The translations under genes were made by a program, and so were the position numbers. The notes under the pieces were generated by a model. It saw nothing but the letters and a program-made list of their open reading frames with translations. It searched no databases and was not told the DNA's origin. Of a stretch of 64,000 nt of DNA, positions 45,585 through 55,689 are shown one piece after another. Each line of letters opens with the position of its first letter. Within the stretch, counting starts at the first letter, position 1. The stretch covers positions 768,001-832,000 of the forward strand of contig OY820905.2 of assembly GCA_963555755.3 (NCBI GenBank). The letters run 5' to 3'. The DNA is from Nitrospirales bacterium. Lineage in GTDB: Bacteria > Nitrospirota > Nitrospiria > Nitrospirales > UBA8639.

Positions 45585-45961
45585 GGGCTCGCGAAACAAT
45601 AACTTCCAATGTTTGGGCGCCGATCCATCCCGTCTGGCGGCGTTGCTCGTCCTTTCCATACAGGGAATGTTGAAAAAAGCCGCCAGCGGCGTTCTCGCCC
45701 TTTTGCCGTGCTCACGTACTGAGAGTACGCTCCGCGCGTCAAAAGGGCTGCGGCCTTGCTGGATAGACCCTTCGGAAAGACTCAGGGCATGCTTTTTTGA
45801 ACATTCCCTCCCACTGATGCGAGCAGGCTTACCTGGAGCATCTATGGGTCATGAACCTGAAATATTCAACAGACCCATACAGAGGAGTATGCGCAGTCCT
45901 CGCGCCTTGCCAGACAGGTGCCTCAACACCCAAACATAGGAAGTTATTGTTGCGCGAGCCC
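45585..45961. mobile_element. MITE-4 carrying nested MITE-3 (45662-45876)
   Basis: TIR GGGCTCGCG(A/C)AACAATAACTTCC; CAAA flanks; related empty form at 51311-51469. Confidence 0.82.
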
Positions 45962-46225
45962 CAAACGGATGTCGTTCGGATAATCGGGAAAATATTGTTC
46001 GATGACGGGAAGATCAAAAGCACGCAGGATCGATTCCTTCGGTTCACGTTCCAACAGAAACTCAAACGATTTCTCGATCAAGGTTTCAGGCTGAACATCG
46101 CCGCCATATCGCTGGAGGTCGTCAACATTGGCGGTGACGGTATGAATGGTACGTGATGCGCCTTCATGTATTTCCACACGAAATTGTGTGTCATTCAAAC
46201 GTTGGACACGAATATCTGCCATCAT
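45944..46225 (-). CDS. Conserved hypothetical protein
   Basis: SFEFLLEREPKESILRAFDL; 93 aa, downstream of the GGR gene. Confidence 0.75.
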   Translation of the reverse strand: MMADIRVQRLNDTQFRVEIHEGASRTIHTVTANVDDLQRYGGDVQPETLIEKSFEFLLEREPKESILRAFDLPVIEQYFPDYPNDIRLGLAQQ

Positions 46226-46245
46226 TCACCTGTCTGAAGTTCTGA

Positions 46246-47526
46246 CTACCGCACTTCCATTTCGGTGGTGGACCACGGTTTAACTTTCTTCATCGCCCGA
46301 GCCCAAAGGGATTGATAGGTTTCACGACCCTGTAGCAACTCACAATATCGATGGAGCACGCGTTGATAGGGACCAGGAAATGTTCGACCCAACCACCGAT
46401 GCCATAAGCGTGGCAGCCCATAGACCACTCGATTCAATTTCAAGGCAATCCGAAACTCTTCCGCGAATTCTTGCATGATCGCGTCATCATACGCTTCAAG
46501 CGTAAGATGTTCATGTCGCAAAAAATTCGCAATGCTCGCCCCAGCCAGTTGTCCTGACCGCACGGCATAAAAAATACCTTCCCCTAATAACGGATCAACC
46601 AAATGCCCTGCATCTCCAACCAGCACGGCTCGGCCATGAACGAGCCCTCCATTCCATTTATGGCCTTTCAACCCGGGATGGCGATTAAACACCGGAATCG
46701 GGTACCCCACTGGCGTAGGGATCATCAATCCGGCAAGAGAGGGCTCCTCAAGTGAAAATTGCTGAAAACTGCGTTTGGGGCGACTGTCTCCACGCACGAA
46801 TTCCCCGACTCCAATTGAAAGACCATCGCGTTTCGGAAAAATCCACCCATACCCCTTTTTCGCCGTATTAAGACTAATCACCGCTAATTTCAGCCCGCCA
46901 TTCTCGCCACCATTCTCGGAGAAAACTGGTACCTGAACTTCAGAGACGCCAAAAACCTCGCTTTCCAATCCTGGAATATTCCGCAACCCTCGACCAGGAA
47001 ATAATTGCTGCGCGACCACACTCATGGCCCCATCGGCACCAACAACCATGCGACTGCGATACCGTCCTTTCGTCGTTGTTACTTCTACCCCGTCTGGAAG
47101 AGCCTGTAGCGTTTTCACTGCCTCGTCCTCATGAACGTCGGTCCCACTCTGTTGAGCGCGGGTCATGAGCCACGTATCAAACCGCGATCGCATGACCATA
47201 AACGCAAACGGCTCCTTGGACTCGACAAAGAAAGATTCCTTCGGCGCGTAGCTAAACTGCAAACGATACACGGCTTCTTCGACCACCTGTTTAAATTCAG
47301 CAGGTAAAATTTGATCGATCCGCGCAGATAACGCACCACCACAGACTTTGTATCGAGGGTGAGTGTGTTTTTCCAAGCCAAGCACCGACAACCCCGCATG
47401 ACTTAACTCATACGCCGTCGATGCCCCTGCCGGTCCCATCCCCACCACAATCACGTCATACCAGGGTTCACTAGAACCATCACTCACGAGAAAAAACTCC
47501 TTTACGGTGGGAGAGAGTCGAATCAA
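46246..47526 (-). CDS. Geranylgeranyl reductase-family FAD oxidoreductase
   Basis: VVGMGPAG, KVCGGAL, VGADGA, GYGWIFPK, LVGDAGHLVDPLLGEGI. Confidence 0.9.
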   Translation of the reverse strand: MIRLSPTVKEFFLVSDGSSEPWYDVIVVGMGPAGASTAYELSHAGLSVLGLEKHTHPRYKVCGGALSARIDQILPAEFKQVVEEAVYRLQFSYAPKESFFVESKEPFAFMVMRSRFDTWLMTRAQQSGTDVHEDEAVKTLQALPDGVEVTTTKGRYRSRMVVGADGAMSVVAQQLFPGRGLRNIPGLESEVFGVSEVQVPVFSENGGENGGLKLAVISLNTAKKGYGWIFPKRDGLSIGVGEFVRGDSRPKRSFQQFSLEEPSLAGLMIPTPVGYPIPVFNRHPGLKGHKWNGGLVHGRAVLVGDAGHLVDPLLGEGIFYAVRSGQLAGASIANFLRHEHLTLEAYDDAIMQEFAEEFRIALKLNRVVYGLPRLWHRWLGRTFPGPYQRVLHRYCELLQGRETYQSLWARAMKKVKPWSTTEMEVR

Positions 47527-47755
47527 GCTTCAGAATTTCGTCGGACACACTGTATCGTATTTTCGACCTAGCCACCACAGAAAAATCTCTTGACCACCAA
47601 TGGCAAAGGCCTGAATCCCCTCCTGAATCGACAGGCATACATTATCAAATTAGTCGATTGCTATAGCTCCAAATGTGACAGAGATCTCACCGAAGTGTTA
47701 TAACTCGTTTCTCAACCAACCGAAACCCCGTGAAAAGAAAAATTAAGGAGTCTGT

Positions 47756-48319
47756 ATGCCGGATTCATCTTCCCCCCCACCACCGGGAAAAGAAATTGCC
47801 ACGCTGGGTGGCGGGTGTTTTTGGTGTATTGAAGCCGCGTTGAATCAATTGAAGGGTGTGGACTCTGCTGAATCCGGCTACATGGGCGGGAAACAACCGA
47901 ACCCAACGTATGAAGCCGTATGCACCGGGGTCTCAGGGCATGCCGAAGTTGTTCAGATCACATTTGATCCCTCAACCATCACCTTTCGTGAAATTCTTGA
48001 AGTGTTTTTTGCCCTCCACGACCCCACGACGCTCAATCGGCAGGGTAATGACATGGGCACGCAATATCGATCAGTGGTTTTCTATCATTCACCGGATCAA
48101 GAAGCGACAGTCAAGAAAGTCATTGAGACTCTGACCAACGACAAACTCTTTGACTCCCCGATTGTGACGGAAGTCTCACCTGCCCAACCGTTCTACATGG
48201 GAGAGGACTATCATCAGGAATATTTCGCGCGTAATCCTACGCAACCCTATTGCTCCACTCTCATTGGTCCCAAAATCGCCAAATTTCGCAAACAATTTGA
48301 ATCCAAATTAAAAGTATGA
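47756..48319 (+). CDS. msrA: Peptide-methionine (S)-S-oxide reductase
   Basis: GGGCFWC, HDPTTLNRQGND, EDYHQEY. Confidence 0.96.
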   Translation: MPDSSSPPPPGKEIATLGGGCFWCIEAALNQLKGVDSAESGYMGGKQPNPTYEAVCTGVSGHAEVVQITFDPSTITFREILEVFFALHDPTTLNRQGNDMGTQYRSVVFYHSPDQEATVKKVIETLTNDKLFDSPIVTEVSPAQPFYMGEDYHQEYFARNPTQPYCSTLIGPKIAKFRKQFESKLKV

Positions 48320-48373
48320 AGGGGACAATTTTCACATCACCAACCCTGGACAATCCGATAATATTCTAATGTT

Positions 48374-50278
48374 ATGACGGCTCCCTCTACAAACGCATCC
48401 TCTGCCACCACACACCCACAAAAAAAAGATGGCATTTGGATTCTAGGCATCTCAGGATATTATCACGATAGCGCCGCCTGCATTATTCAAGATGGACACA
48501 TTATTGTTGCGGCCCAGGAAGAGCGCTTTTCCCGGAAAAAGCACGACGCCCGGTTCCCGATCCATGCCATCACGTGTTGTCTTCAAGAAGCCAACATCAC
48601 TTTGAGTGATGTGGAGACCATCGCGTTTTATGAAAAACCGTTTCTCAAATTTGAACGACTCCTCGAAACCTATTTATCATTTGCACCCAAGGGGCTTCTA
48701 TCTTTTTGGCAAGCCATGCCCGTGTGGTTAAAGGAAAAACTATTCCTCAAAAATCGGCTTACCAAGGAATTGGGGAAATTTGGCCCCCTGCAAGGGCACG
48801 GCCCCTTGCCACCATTGTCATTTTCTGAACACCATGAGTCACATGCCGCCTCGGCTTTTTATCCGTCCCCCTACGAACGGGCCGCGATTCTCTGCATGGA
48901 TGGTGTTGGCGAATGGGCCACGACATCCGTGTGGACGGGGAACAACCATTCCATCACGCCCTTGTGGGAAATCCCCTTTCCGCATTCTCTCGGCCTGCTG
49001 TACTCGGCATTCACCTACTACACAGGATTCAAAGTCAACTCCGGCGAATATAAAGTCATGGGACTGGCTCCGTATGGCCAACCAAAATACACGAAACACA
49101 TTAAGGACCATTTGATTGACATCAAACCCGATGGCACCTTTCGGCTGAACATGGAGTACTTTAATTTCTGCACCGGCCTGACCATGACCAACCACAAATT
49201 TGATGAACTTTTTGGTGGGCCACCGCGCACACCGGAATCTACCCTCACACAACGAGAAATGGACCTCGCACGATCCGTTCAAGAGGTCACCGAAGAAATC
49301 ATGTTGCAAATAGGAGAAACGATTCATCGCGAAACCGGCATGGATTATTTATGCATGGCAGGAGGGGTCGCGTTGAACTGCGTAGGGAATGGCCGTCTCC
49401 TCCGGGAAGGACCCTTCAAAGGGATCTGGATACAACCGGCTGCCGGCGACGCCGGTGGGGCCGTGGGTGCGGCCTTACAAGCCTATCATCACATGCTCGG
49501 CCATCCACGAACTTGCCACGCTCCACACGATTCCATGCGCGGTTCCTATCTTGGGCCAGCTTTTTCCAATGAGGCCATCGAACAATTCCTGGGCACCGTT
49601 GATGCATCGTACACTCGATATGCAGATGACGACTTTTTCGAAACCGTGGCAAAAGCCTTAGCCGAAGGCAAGATTGTTGGCTGGTTTCAAGGACGGATGG
49701 AATTTGGACCACGCGCCCTGGGCGGAAGAAGTATTTTAGGCGATCCTCGAAACCCCGCGATGCAATCCGTGATGAATCTCAAGATTAAACATCGAGAATC
49801 CTTCCGGCCATTTGCTCCGGCGGTGTTGCGAGAACGTGTAACCGAATATTTTGAACTCGATACCGACAGTCCCTATATGCTCCTCGTCGCACCCGTGGTG
49901 AAAAACCGACGAATCCCCCAAGCCCCACACTCCGAAAACTTGTGGGGCATCGAACTGTTGAATCAGGCCCGGTCAGATATCCCAGCCGTCACGCACCTGG
50001 ACTACTCAGCGCGGGTTCAAACGGTCCACGAAGAAACCAACCCTCGCTACTATAGACTGCTGCAAACATTTGAAAAACACACGGGGTGTGCCGTCCTGGT
50101 CAACACATCCTTTAATGTCCGAGGCGAACCTATTGTCTGTTCGCCCGAAGATGCGTATCGTTGCTTTATGAGGACGGAAATGGACCTTCTGGTTTTGGAA
50201 AATTGCGTACTGATCAAATCCGATCAAAAAGCCTGGGAAGAAGAAACTGATTGGAAGCAGGAATTTACCTTAGACTAA
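48374..50278 (+). CDS. NodU/CmcH-family carbamoyltransferase
   Basis: ILGIS..HDSAA, EERFSRKKHD, HHESHAASAF, GRMEFGPRALG, NTSFNVRGEP. Confidence 0.93.
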   Translation: MTAPSTNASSATTHPQKKDGIWILGISGYYHDSAACIIQDGHIIVAAQEERFSRKKHDARFPIHAITCCLQEANITLSDVETIAFYEKPFLKFERLLETYLSFAPKGLLSFWQAMPVWLKEKLFLKNRLTKELGKFGPLQGHGPLPPLSFSEHHESHAASAFYPSPYERAAILCMDGVGEWATTSVWTGNNHSITPLWEIPFPHSLGLLYSAFTYYTGFKVNSGEYKVMGLAPYGQPKYTKHIKDHLIDIKPDGTFRLNMEYFNFCTGLTMTNHKFDELFGGPPRTPESTLTQREMDLARSVQEVTEEIMLQIGETIHRETGMDYLCMAGGVALNCVGNGRLLREGPFKGIWIQPAAGDAGGAVGAALQAYHHMLGHPRTCHAPHDSMRGSYLGPAFSNEAIEQFLGTVDASYTRYADDDFFETVAKALAEGKIVGWFQGRMEFGPRALGGRSILGDPRNPAMQSVMNLKIKHRESFRPFAPAVLRERVTEYFELDTDSPYMLLVAPVVKNRRIPQAPHSENLWGIELLNQARSDIPAVTHLDYSARVQTVHEETNPRYYRLLQTFEKHTGCAVLVNTSFNVRGEPIVCSPEDAYRCFMRTEMDLLVLENCVLIKSDQKAWEEETDWKQEFTLD

Positions 50279-50296
50279 TGTACCGGAAACCAAGAC

Positions 50297-50716
50297 GTGG
50301 AAACTCACAACCTGAATCCAGAAACAACACAAGTTCAACCCCAACAACTTCGCTCTTTTGGTTTACTAGTTGGTGGAGTGTTTACACTCATTTCCGTTTG
50401 GCCTCTCGTCGTCCACCAAGAACCCCTTCGGACTTGGGCACTACTCCCAGGCTGTCTTTTACTCCTTGGTGCCCTGATCAAACCACTTTGGTTGCGGCCG
50501 CTATTCATGGGCTGGATGAAAGTCGGACATGTGCTCGGATTCGTCAACACTCGGATCATTTTGAGCATTGGATTCTTTTTTGTATTTACGCCCATTGGCC
50601 TCATTCGCCGAATGATGGGCAAAGACTCGCTTCATCGGCAATTTGAACCTGAGCAATCAACCTATCGATCCCTACGCCAAGCCAGACTTGGGGACCATAT
50701 GAAAAAACAACATTGA
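50297..50716 (+). CDS. SxtJ-family membrane protein
   Basis: LRSFGL..WMKVGHVLGFVNTRIIL..TPIG; follows the carbamoyltransferase. Confidence 0.85.
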   Translation: METHNLNPETTQVQPQQLRSFGLLVGGVFTLISVWPLVVHQEPLRTWALLPGCLLLLGALIKPLWLRPLFMGWMKVGHVLGFVNTRIILSIGFFFVFTPIGLIRRMMGKDSLHRQFEPEQSTYRSLRQARLGDHMKKQH

Positions 50717-50788
50717 AACAGTTACACAAGCACGCATGTTCCACGCTACGGTTAAAAACGATTTAGTGCCTATCAAGGAGAAGTGTCC

Positions 50789-50941
50789 ATGATCGAGTTT
50801 GCCAAAGAACTGTGGGAATTTCTCAGAGAACGAAAAAAATTCTGGCTGCTGCCCATCATCGCCTTCTTGGTGCTCTTAGGCAGCCTCATCGTGCTCACCG
50901 AAGGGTCGGCGGTGGCACCATTTATTTACACACTGTTCTAA
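50789..50941 (+). CDS. DUF5989/SxtK-like small membrane protein (not in ORF track)
   Basis: MIEFAKELWEFLRERKKFWLLP..GSAVAPFIYTLF; RBS AAGGAG. Confidence 0.88.
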   Translation: MIEFAKELWEFLRERKKFWLLPIIAFLVLLGSLIVLTEGSAVAPFIYTLF

Positions 50942-50995
50942 AGATAATAAAGAAAAAAGCAAGCTATCCTTTAGGCAGCTTCCCATTTCTAGTCG

Positions 50996-51026
50996 GTCAT
51001 CCCCGACATCCCTAATCGGGAATCCA
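50996..51026. repeat. REP-like palindrome family GTCAT(T/C)CCCGA..TCGGGAATCC (also ~55513-55543, ~56666-56697)
   Basis: Three similar intergenic hairpins. Confidence 0.65.
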
Positions 51027-51229
51027 CCTATTTCCTTTTTTCATTTCGACACCAGGAGAAATCTGTAGTTCGGTACGATGAAGATTTCTAACCTTCGTTC
51101 CAAACAAGGATTTCTCGTGAAGCCTTGGAAATTCCCGTGACTCCCCTGGTTTTCTCCTGATAACCAAATTAAGGACTTTGGTCCGGATATACCAGCCTCA
51201 GATTTTTTTTTGCATCTCTTGTTCATCAT

Positions 51230-51551
51230 CCTAGAAACGGCAGTTGGGCACAAAACAGCTGTGTAAGATATTGGGGTGCATGGTGAAATACAAAAGGTCA
51301 TGGTCACCGTAGGGTTCGCGCAAGAATACCTTCCCCTGTTTGGGCGTCGATCCATCCCGCCTGGCGGCGTTGCTCGTCCTTTCCATACGAGGAGTATGCG
51401 CAGTCCTCGCGCCTTGCCAGACAGGTGGCTCAGCACCCAAACAGGGGAAGGTATTCTTGCGCGAACCCTCCGTGGTGATGAGACATTTTTCTGTTTTGCG
51501 AGGTGCGCCAAGAGTTTGCGAGGACTTTGTGTTCCAAGTGCGGTTTCTAGG
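51230..51551. mobile_element. MITE-1 copy carrying a nested MITE-4 relative (51311-51469)
   Basis: CCTAGAAAC..GTTTCTAGG; inner perfect TIR AGGGTTCGCGCAAGAATACCTTCCCCTGTTTGGG. Confidence 0.85.
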
Positions 51552-51728
51552 TTGAAGATGATGTAAACTCACAACAAAAGCCGCGACCTCCTCTTCACGA
51601 TTTTTTCGTACCATAGCCGGAACCTACAAGAAGATGTACAAATAAGTCAATACTCATGCCTGACCCCATTACTGACCCCATTACCATATTATTCACCCAT
51701 TTCATGATCATCACCCCCTTCCACTTAA

Positions 51729-52253
51729 TTAGTGCTCAGGAACTAGAGGGTGGCGTTCAAGCGCCAAGGTCACCGCAGAAAGAAGCTCGCCTAAATTACA
51801 GGGCTTCGCTAAGGCAGCAACAGCACCTAATTTTAAAACTTTATGTTTCTCCGCTTCGTCTTGGCCCCCGCTCAAAACGATGACTGGCGGATGCTCTCCT
51901 GCTGGTTTTTTGTCAAGGTGTTGAAGCAATTCCAGACCATCCATCACCGGCATCTCAATATCGGTAATCACCAGGGCGAAGGTTTGGGCATCAAGGCATT
52001 GCAACGCCTCAGCACCATTTTCCGCCTCCTCGCAAGCAAAGGATTCCGACTCCAAAATGGAGCGAAGCATCTGCCGAACCTCTGGTTTATCGTCGACCAA
52101 GAGAATTGTTGGCGCTCCCAATTTTTTGGACTTTGGCAATCGCTTTTTTCGAGTGTTCCCAAAACGACCAACTCTCTTCCCCCGCAAAACCTCTTTCTTC
52201 CGAGTACGGGAAAGTGTGATTATGTGAGAACTGTTAAATCGTAACGCCTTCAT
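51729..52253 (-). CDS. CheY-like response regulator receiver protein
   Basis: ILLVDD, ITDIEMPVMDG, LAKP; start uncertain. Confidence 0.85.
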   Translation of the reverse strand: MKALRFNSSHIITLSRTRKKEVLRGKRVGRFGNTRKKRLPKSKKLGAPTILLVDDKPEVRQMLRSILESESFACEEAENGAEALQCLDAQTFALVITDIEMPVMDGLELLQHLDKKPAGEHPPVIVLSGGQDEAEKHKVLKLGAVAALAKPCNLGELLSAVTLALERHPLVPEH

Positions 52254-52770
52254 GATTACACCTCGCTCCACCTGCAACCACCGAAGGTGTGCACCTCTAT
52301 GTATGCAGAAGGTTTGTAGAAGCCAGACTAGACGCTTCATCCTCCAAGAGTCCGGAAACCTAACTGGAAGAGTTTGAACTTTTACCCGTGAATCCAAAAA
52401 GATCGTGTATGCAGCCGGTTTGAGTTTGGTTCGCCTCTTGTGTGGTGGTCTCTGAATAGCACCAGGATGATCAACCGATGGTCGTCTTCCTGGCCTTCTA
52501 TATAGAATATCGATGCTCAGAAGGAAACCAGAAGTAACAGGAGCACTCCGAAAACAATTCCCCAATACACAGCAGACATGGCGCACCTCCTAGGTGAGGG
52601 AAGGCGAAAGCTCGAAAATGATAATACTTTACTATTATCTAATAACATAATAATATTACGCAAGGGGCGGGAGGCAATATTGTCTAAACAGTTGAGAAGG
52701 GCTTTTCAAATTAAGGGCTAGACCGGGTAATCGCCGTGTTGGACCTAGCTGGGGGAATAAGTAGAAGTAT

Positions 52771-52913
52771 AGGGCACCTCTAAAAACCAGGCATTTTTTG
52801 TGAGGGCAAGGAAGCCGCGCGCGGAAAACCGGAGTGTATGGGCGAATACATGAGGATTTGAGCACGCGGCTGACGCCGCCATTACGGAAAAGGACGGTTT
52901 TTAGAGGTGCTCT
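52771..52913. mobile_element. MITE-5 (~143 bp)
   Basis: TIR AG(G/A)GCACCTCTAAAAACC. Confidence 0.7.
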
Positions 52914-53237
52914 TAATCTATTCCCAACTTTTCAAACCTCTGAAACAGGCCCACGACAAGATTAGTCCAAGGCACTGATGCGCAAGTATCTGCGAACGTT
53001 GGACTTTCGTGCGGCTCGGCGTTCCTATGCTCGCACTACATTCTTTTGCTTCGAAATTCCCTTGAAATTCCTGACGATTTACGGATAATAACAAATTCAA
53101 GAGCCACACGTTAACAGCCCCAAGCAGAAGTCTGTCATAATTCTTAAGAAACCTTTAGGGAACCTTCTAAGGACACCGACTGTGATATTATGTGGCGTTT
53201 AGATGCCGTGAGCCCTGCTCACTCCTGAGTTTTTCCT

Positions 53238-54917
53238 ATGCGACTCACTATTCGTTTCGATGATCAAGATCGTACTCTTTTCGCCGACCTGGTTCAGAGT
53301 GAAGAATCGGAAGCGATCACCTTGCATTCTATAAAAGGAATGTTGGAAGAGGCGGGTTATATAAATCTCACCGTTGACTCTAACACAATATCTGAGCTGA
53401 TTGCCTGTGCACAACAGGGAAAAGAATGTACGATTGCGCTCAAAAAGCTGGTCGATGGGACCGTGTCCGTTGCGGTCGCCAGTAATAAACGTCAGGCGTA
53501 TATAACGCTTACGGCTGCCGATGGAGGTCAACCGCTCACATTAGACATGATCACCCAGGCCATTGCCACAGTAGGAGTGCAAGATTCACTTGTGGATCAG
53601 GAGATGGTGAACAATTGCTATCAGCGGCAATCAGTTAAAGAAATTTGCATCGCTCAAGCAAAGTTATCCCTTCAAGGAAAAGACGCTACGTATATTCCGC
53701 TTGTGGAAAGCGAAACGATAGCACCTCCCGATGTGGATGATCATGGCGTGGCAGATTTGATGAATACCCACCAATTCCTATTGGTGGAGGTCGGCACACC
53801 GTTGATGAAACGTGTGCCCGCTACCGATGGTGAGGCGGGGGTGGATGTTACCGGCAAGGAAATTAAACCTGCACCGGGGAAAGATGCCGGCTTTACGACC
53901 AACCTAACCGGTGTCGAGATAGCCCCTGAAGATCCCAACGTGTTGGTAGCGGCAATAAAAGGGCACCCGGTTATTGTTAAAAATGGCGTCAACATTGATC
54001 CAACCATTCATGTGGAAAATGTCGATATCAATTCCGGAAATATCACGTTTGACGGTTCTTTAGAAGTAAAAGGTGATGTGGCCGAGGGAATGACTATTGA
54101 TGTAACCGGGGATGTGTATATTCAAGGGGGTGTTGAACGGGCAGCCGTAAAAGCGGGCCACAACATTAAGGTTGGCGGCGGCATTTTTGGTGTGGAAGAT
54201 GCTGAACGCCCTGAGGAGGAAATTATTGAATACAAAATTAACGCAGGTTCAGATATAGAAGCCAAGTTTGTTCACCTTTCAACGTTGACTTCTCAGAACA
54301 ATATTGTCGTGAAAGAATACATTAGTCATAGCTATGTGAAATCCGGCAATCAATTGTTATTGGGTCAGGAAGGTGGAAAAGGTATAGTGTTTGGTGGACA
54401 ATGTGAAGCTTTACATCGAGTGGTTATAAATCAATTAGGAAACGAAGCCTACATTCCCACCCATGTCACGGCGGGCAAACTGAATGAGTTGACTAGGGTG
54501 TATCACAACTTAGAAAACGACTTGGCAACCTGCTCTCAAGAAGTCGGTCAATTGGAATCCACCCTAGAAAAATTTCAAAAGAGTGCTCTCGGTGTTCTTG
54601 GTACAATGCCTTTAGATAAATCCGAAAAAATTCGTACTACTATCGTTGCGATCAACGAAAAGATTGTAAGAACACAAGAACTATTGAACGCCATGGAACC
54701 TGAACTTGAGTTACAGAAAAAGGCTGCGATTGAGATCACGAAAATGATTTATCCCAACGCCGTGATGACTATTAATGGTACGACCAAACATTTTTCCGAA
54801 CAGACTGGTGGAACGACGTGGGTGCAATGGGGTGACCAACTCGTTGAACAGGGTAAAGTTGAACAAGAGAAAAAGGTTGAACAGGAGAAAAAGGTTGAAC
54901 AGGAGAAAAAGGAATAG
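53238..54917 (+). CDS. FapA/DUF342-family protein
   Basis: VDINSGNITFDGSLEVKGDV beta-helix, C-terminal coiled region; ends in 18-bp VEQEKK repeats. Confidence 0.85.
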   Translation: MRLTIRFDDQDRTLFADLVQSEESEAITLHSIKGMLEEAGYINLTVDSNTISELIACAQQGKECTIALKKLVDGTVSVAVASNKRQAYITLTAADGGQPLTLDMITQAIATVGVQDSLVDQEMVNNCYQRQSVKEICIAQAKLSLQGKDATYIPLVESETIAPPDVDDHGVADLMNTHQFLLVEVGTPLMKRVPATDGEAGVDVTGKEIKPAPGKDAGFTTNLTGVEIAPEDPNVLVAAIKGHPVIVKNGVNIDPTIHVENVDINSGNITFDGSLEVKGDVAEGMTIDVTGDVYIQGGVERAAVKAGHNIKVGGGIFGVEDAERPEEEIIEYKINAGSDIEAKFVHLSTLTSQNNIVVKEYISHSYVKSGNQLLLGQEGGKGIVFGGQCEALHRVVINQLGNEAYIPTHVTAGKLNELTRVYHNLENDLATCSQEVGQLESTLEKFQKSALGVLGTMPLDKSEKIRTTIVAINEKIVRTQELLNAMEPELELQKKAAIEITKMIYPNAVMTINGTTKHFSEQTGGTTWVQWGDQLVEQGKVEQEKKVEQEKKVEQEKKE

Positions 54918-54927
54918 AGCCATTTAT

Positions 54928-55330
54928 GTGGAAAGCATTGCGAGTGAGAACGTTCCTTGTGTATTGCCGGAAGTGACCTTAGCCGATTTGCGCGAGATAT
55001 TCAAAGAGGTACCCTATCATCACCTGCTCGTTGCAGGAGATGGAGATCTGCTGGGTATTATTTCCAACAGAGATGTTTTGCGTATGTCCAGCCCGTTTAT
55101 CGATACCGCCAATGTTACTGTTCAAGATCAATCACTAGTAGAAACCAAGGCTCAAGATTTTATGTCCACACAATTAATCACCTTCAAAAAAGACACCTTA
55201 GTTGATACCGCTGCCATTCTTTTAATGGAGCATAATATTTCATGTTTGCCCGTTGTCTCTTAAGGATGATGCGATCGAAGGCATTCTTACTTGGAAAGAC
55301 ATGCTGAAATACTATGTGTATATTCGCTGA
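54928..55330 (+). pseudogene. CBS-domain pair protein, +1 frameshift near 55260
   Basis: HHLLV..LLGIISNRDV, ISCLPVV, then IEGILTWKDML in the next frame. Confidence 0.75.
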
Positions 55331-55689
55331 ACTTTCTTGTTTTTCTAAAGCTTATTCCCGCCTCGGGCGTGGCTGAACCGCGACACCGAATCCAACTTTT
55401 GGGCGAGGGCTGTCTGAGTCCTTCGACAAGGCTCCGCGAGTTCCACAGACATACTACCCCGAGCCGAGCCAAATACCTCGGCCACCGGAACGAACCACGA
55501 AAAAATACAGATGGATTCCCGATTCAGGATGTCGGGAATAACAGCAAGAGCATTGGTAAGCCACAAGTATGGCTATCTCGTTATGCCTGCTGACCATTGC
55601 GTGGATAACGGCGGGAACATAACAGGCAGATTATTCCGATGAACAGAACCGGGAGAGGGTATCCTGGAATCCGCCTCATACGGTAAAGG

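Larger units (their letters stand above)
44116..45602 (+). pseudogene. Class I SAM methyltransferase interrupted by two MITE insertions
   Basis: LEVGPGAGS, HARFTLIH, LRPGGWLVLEE; 44116-44391 + 44826-44899 + 45119-45602 = 834 nt in frame. Confidence 0.88.

Noticed and set aside
48374..50941. Saxitoxin biosynthesis cluster
   Set aside because: No sxtA, sxtG or other core genes in the window
52254..52586. N-terminal extension of the 285-aa response regulator ORF
   Set aside because: Looks non-protein-like; a downstream start is more plausible
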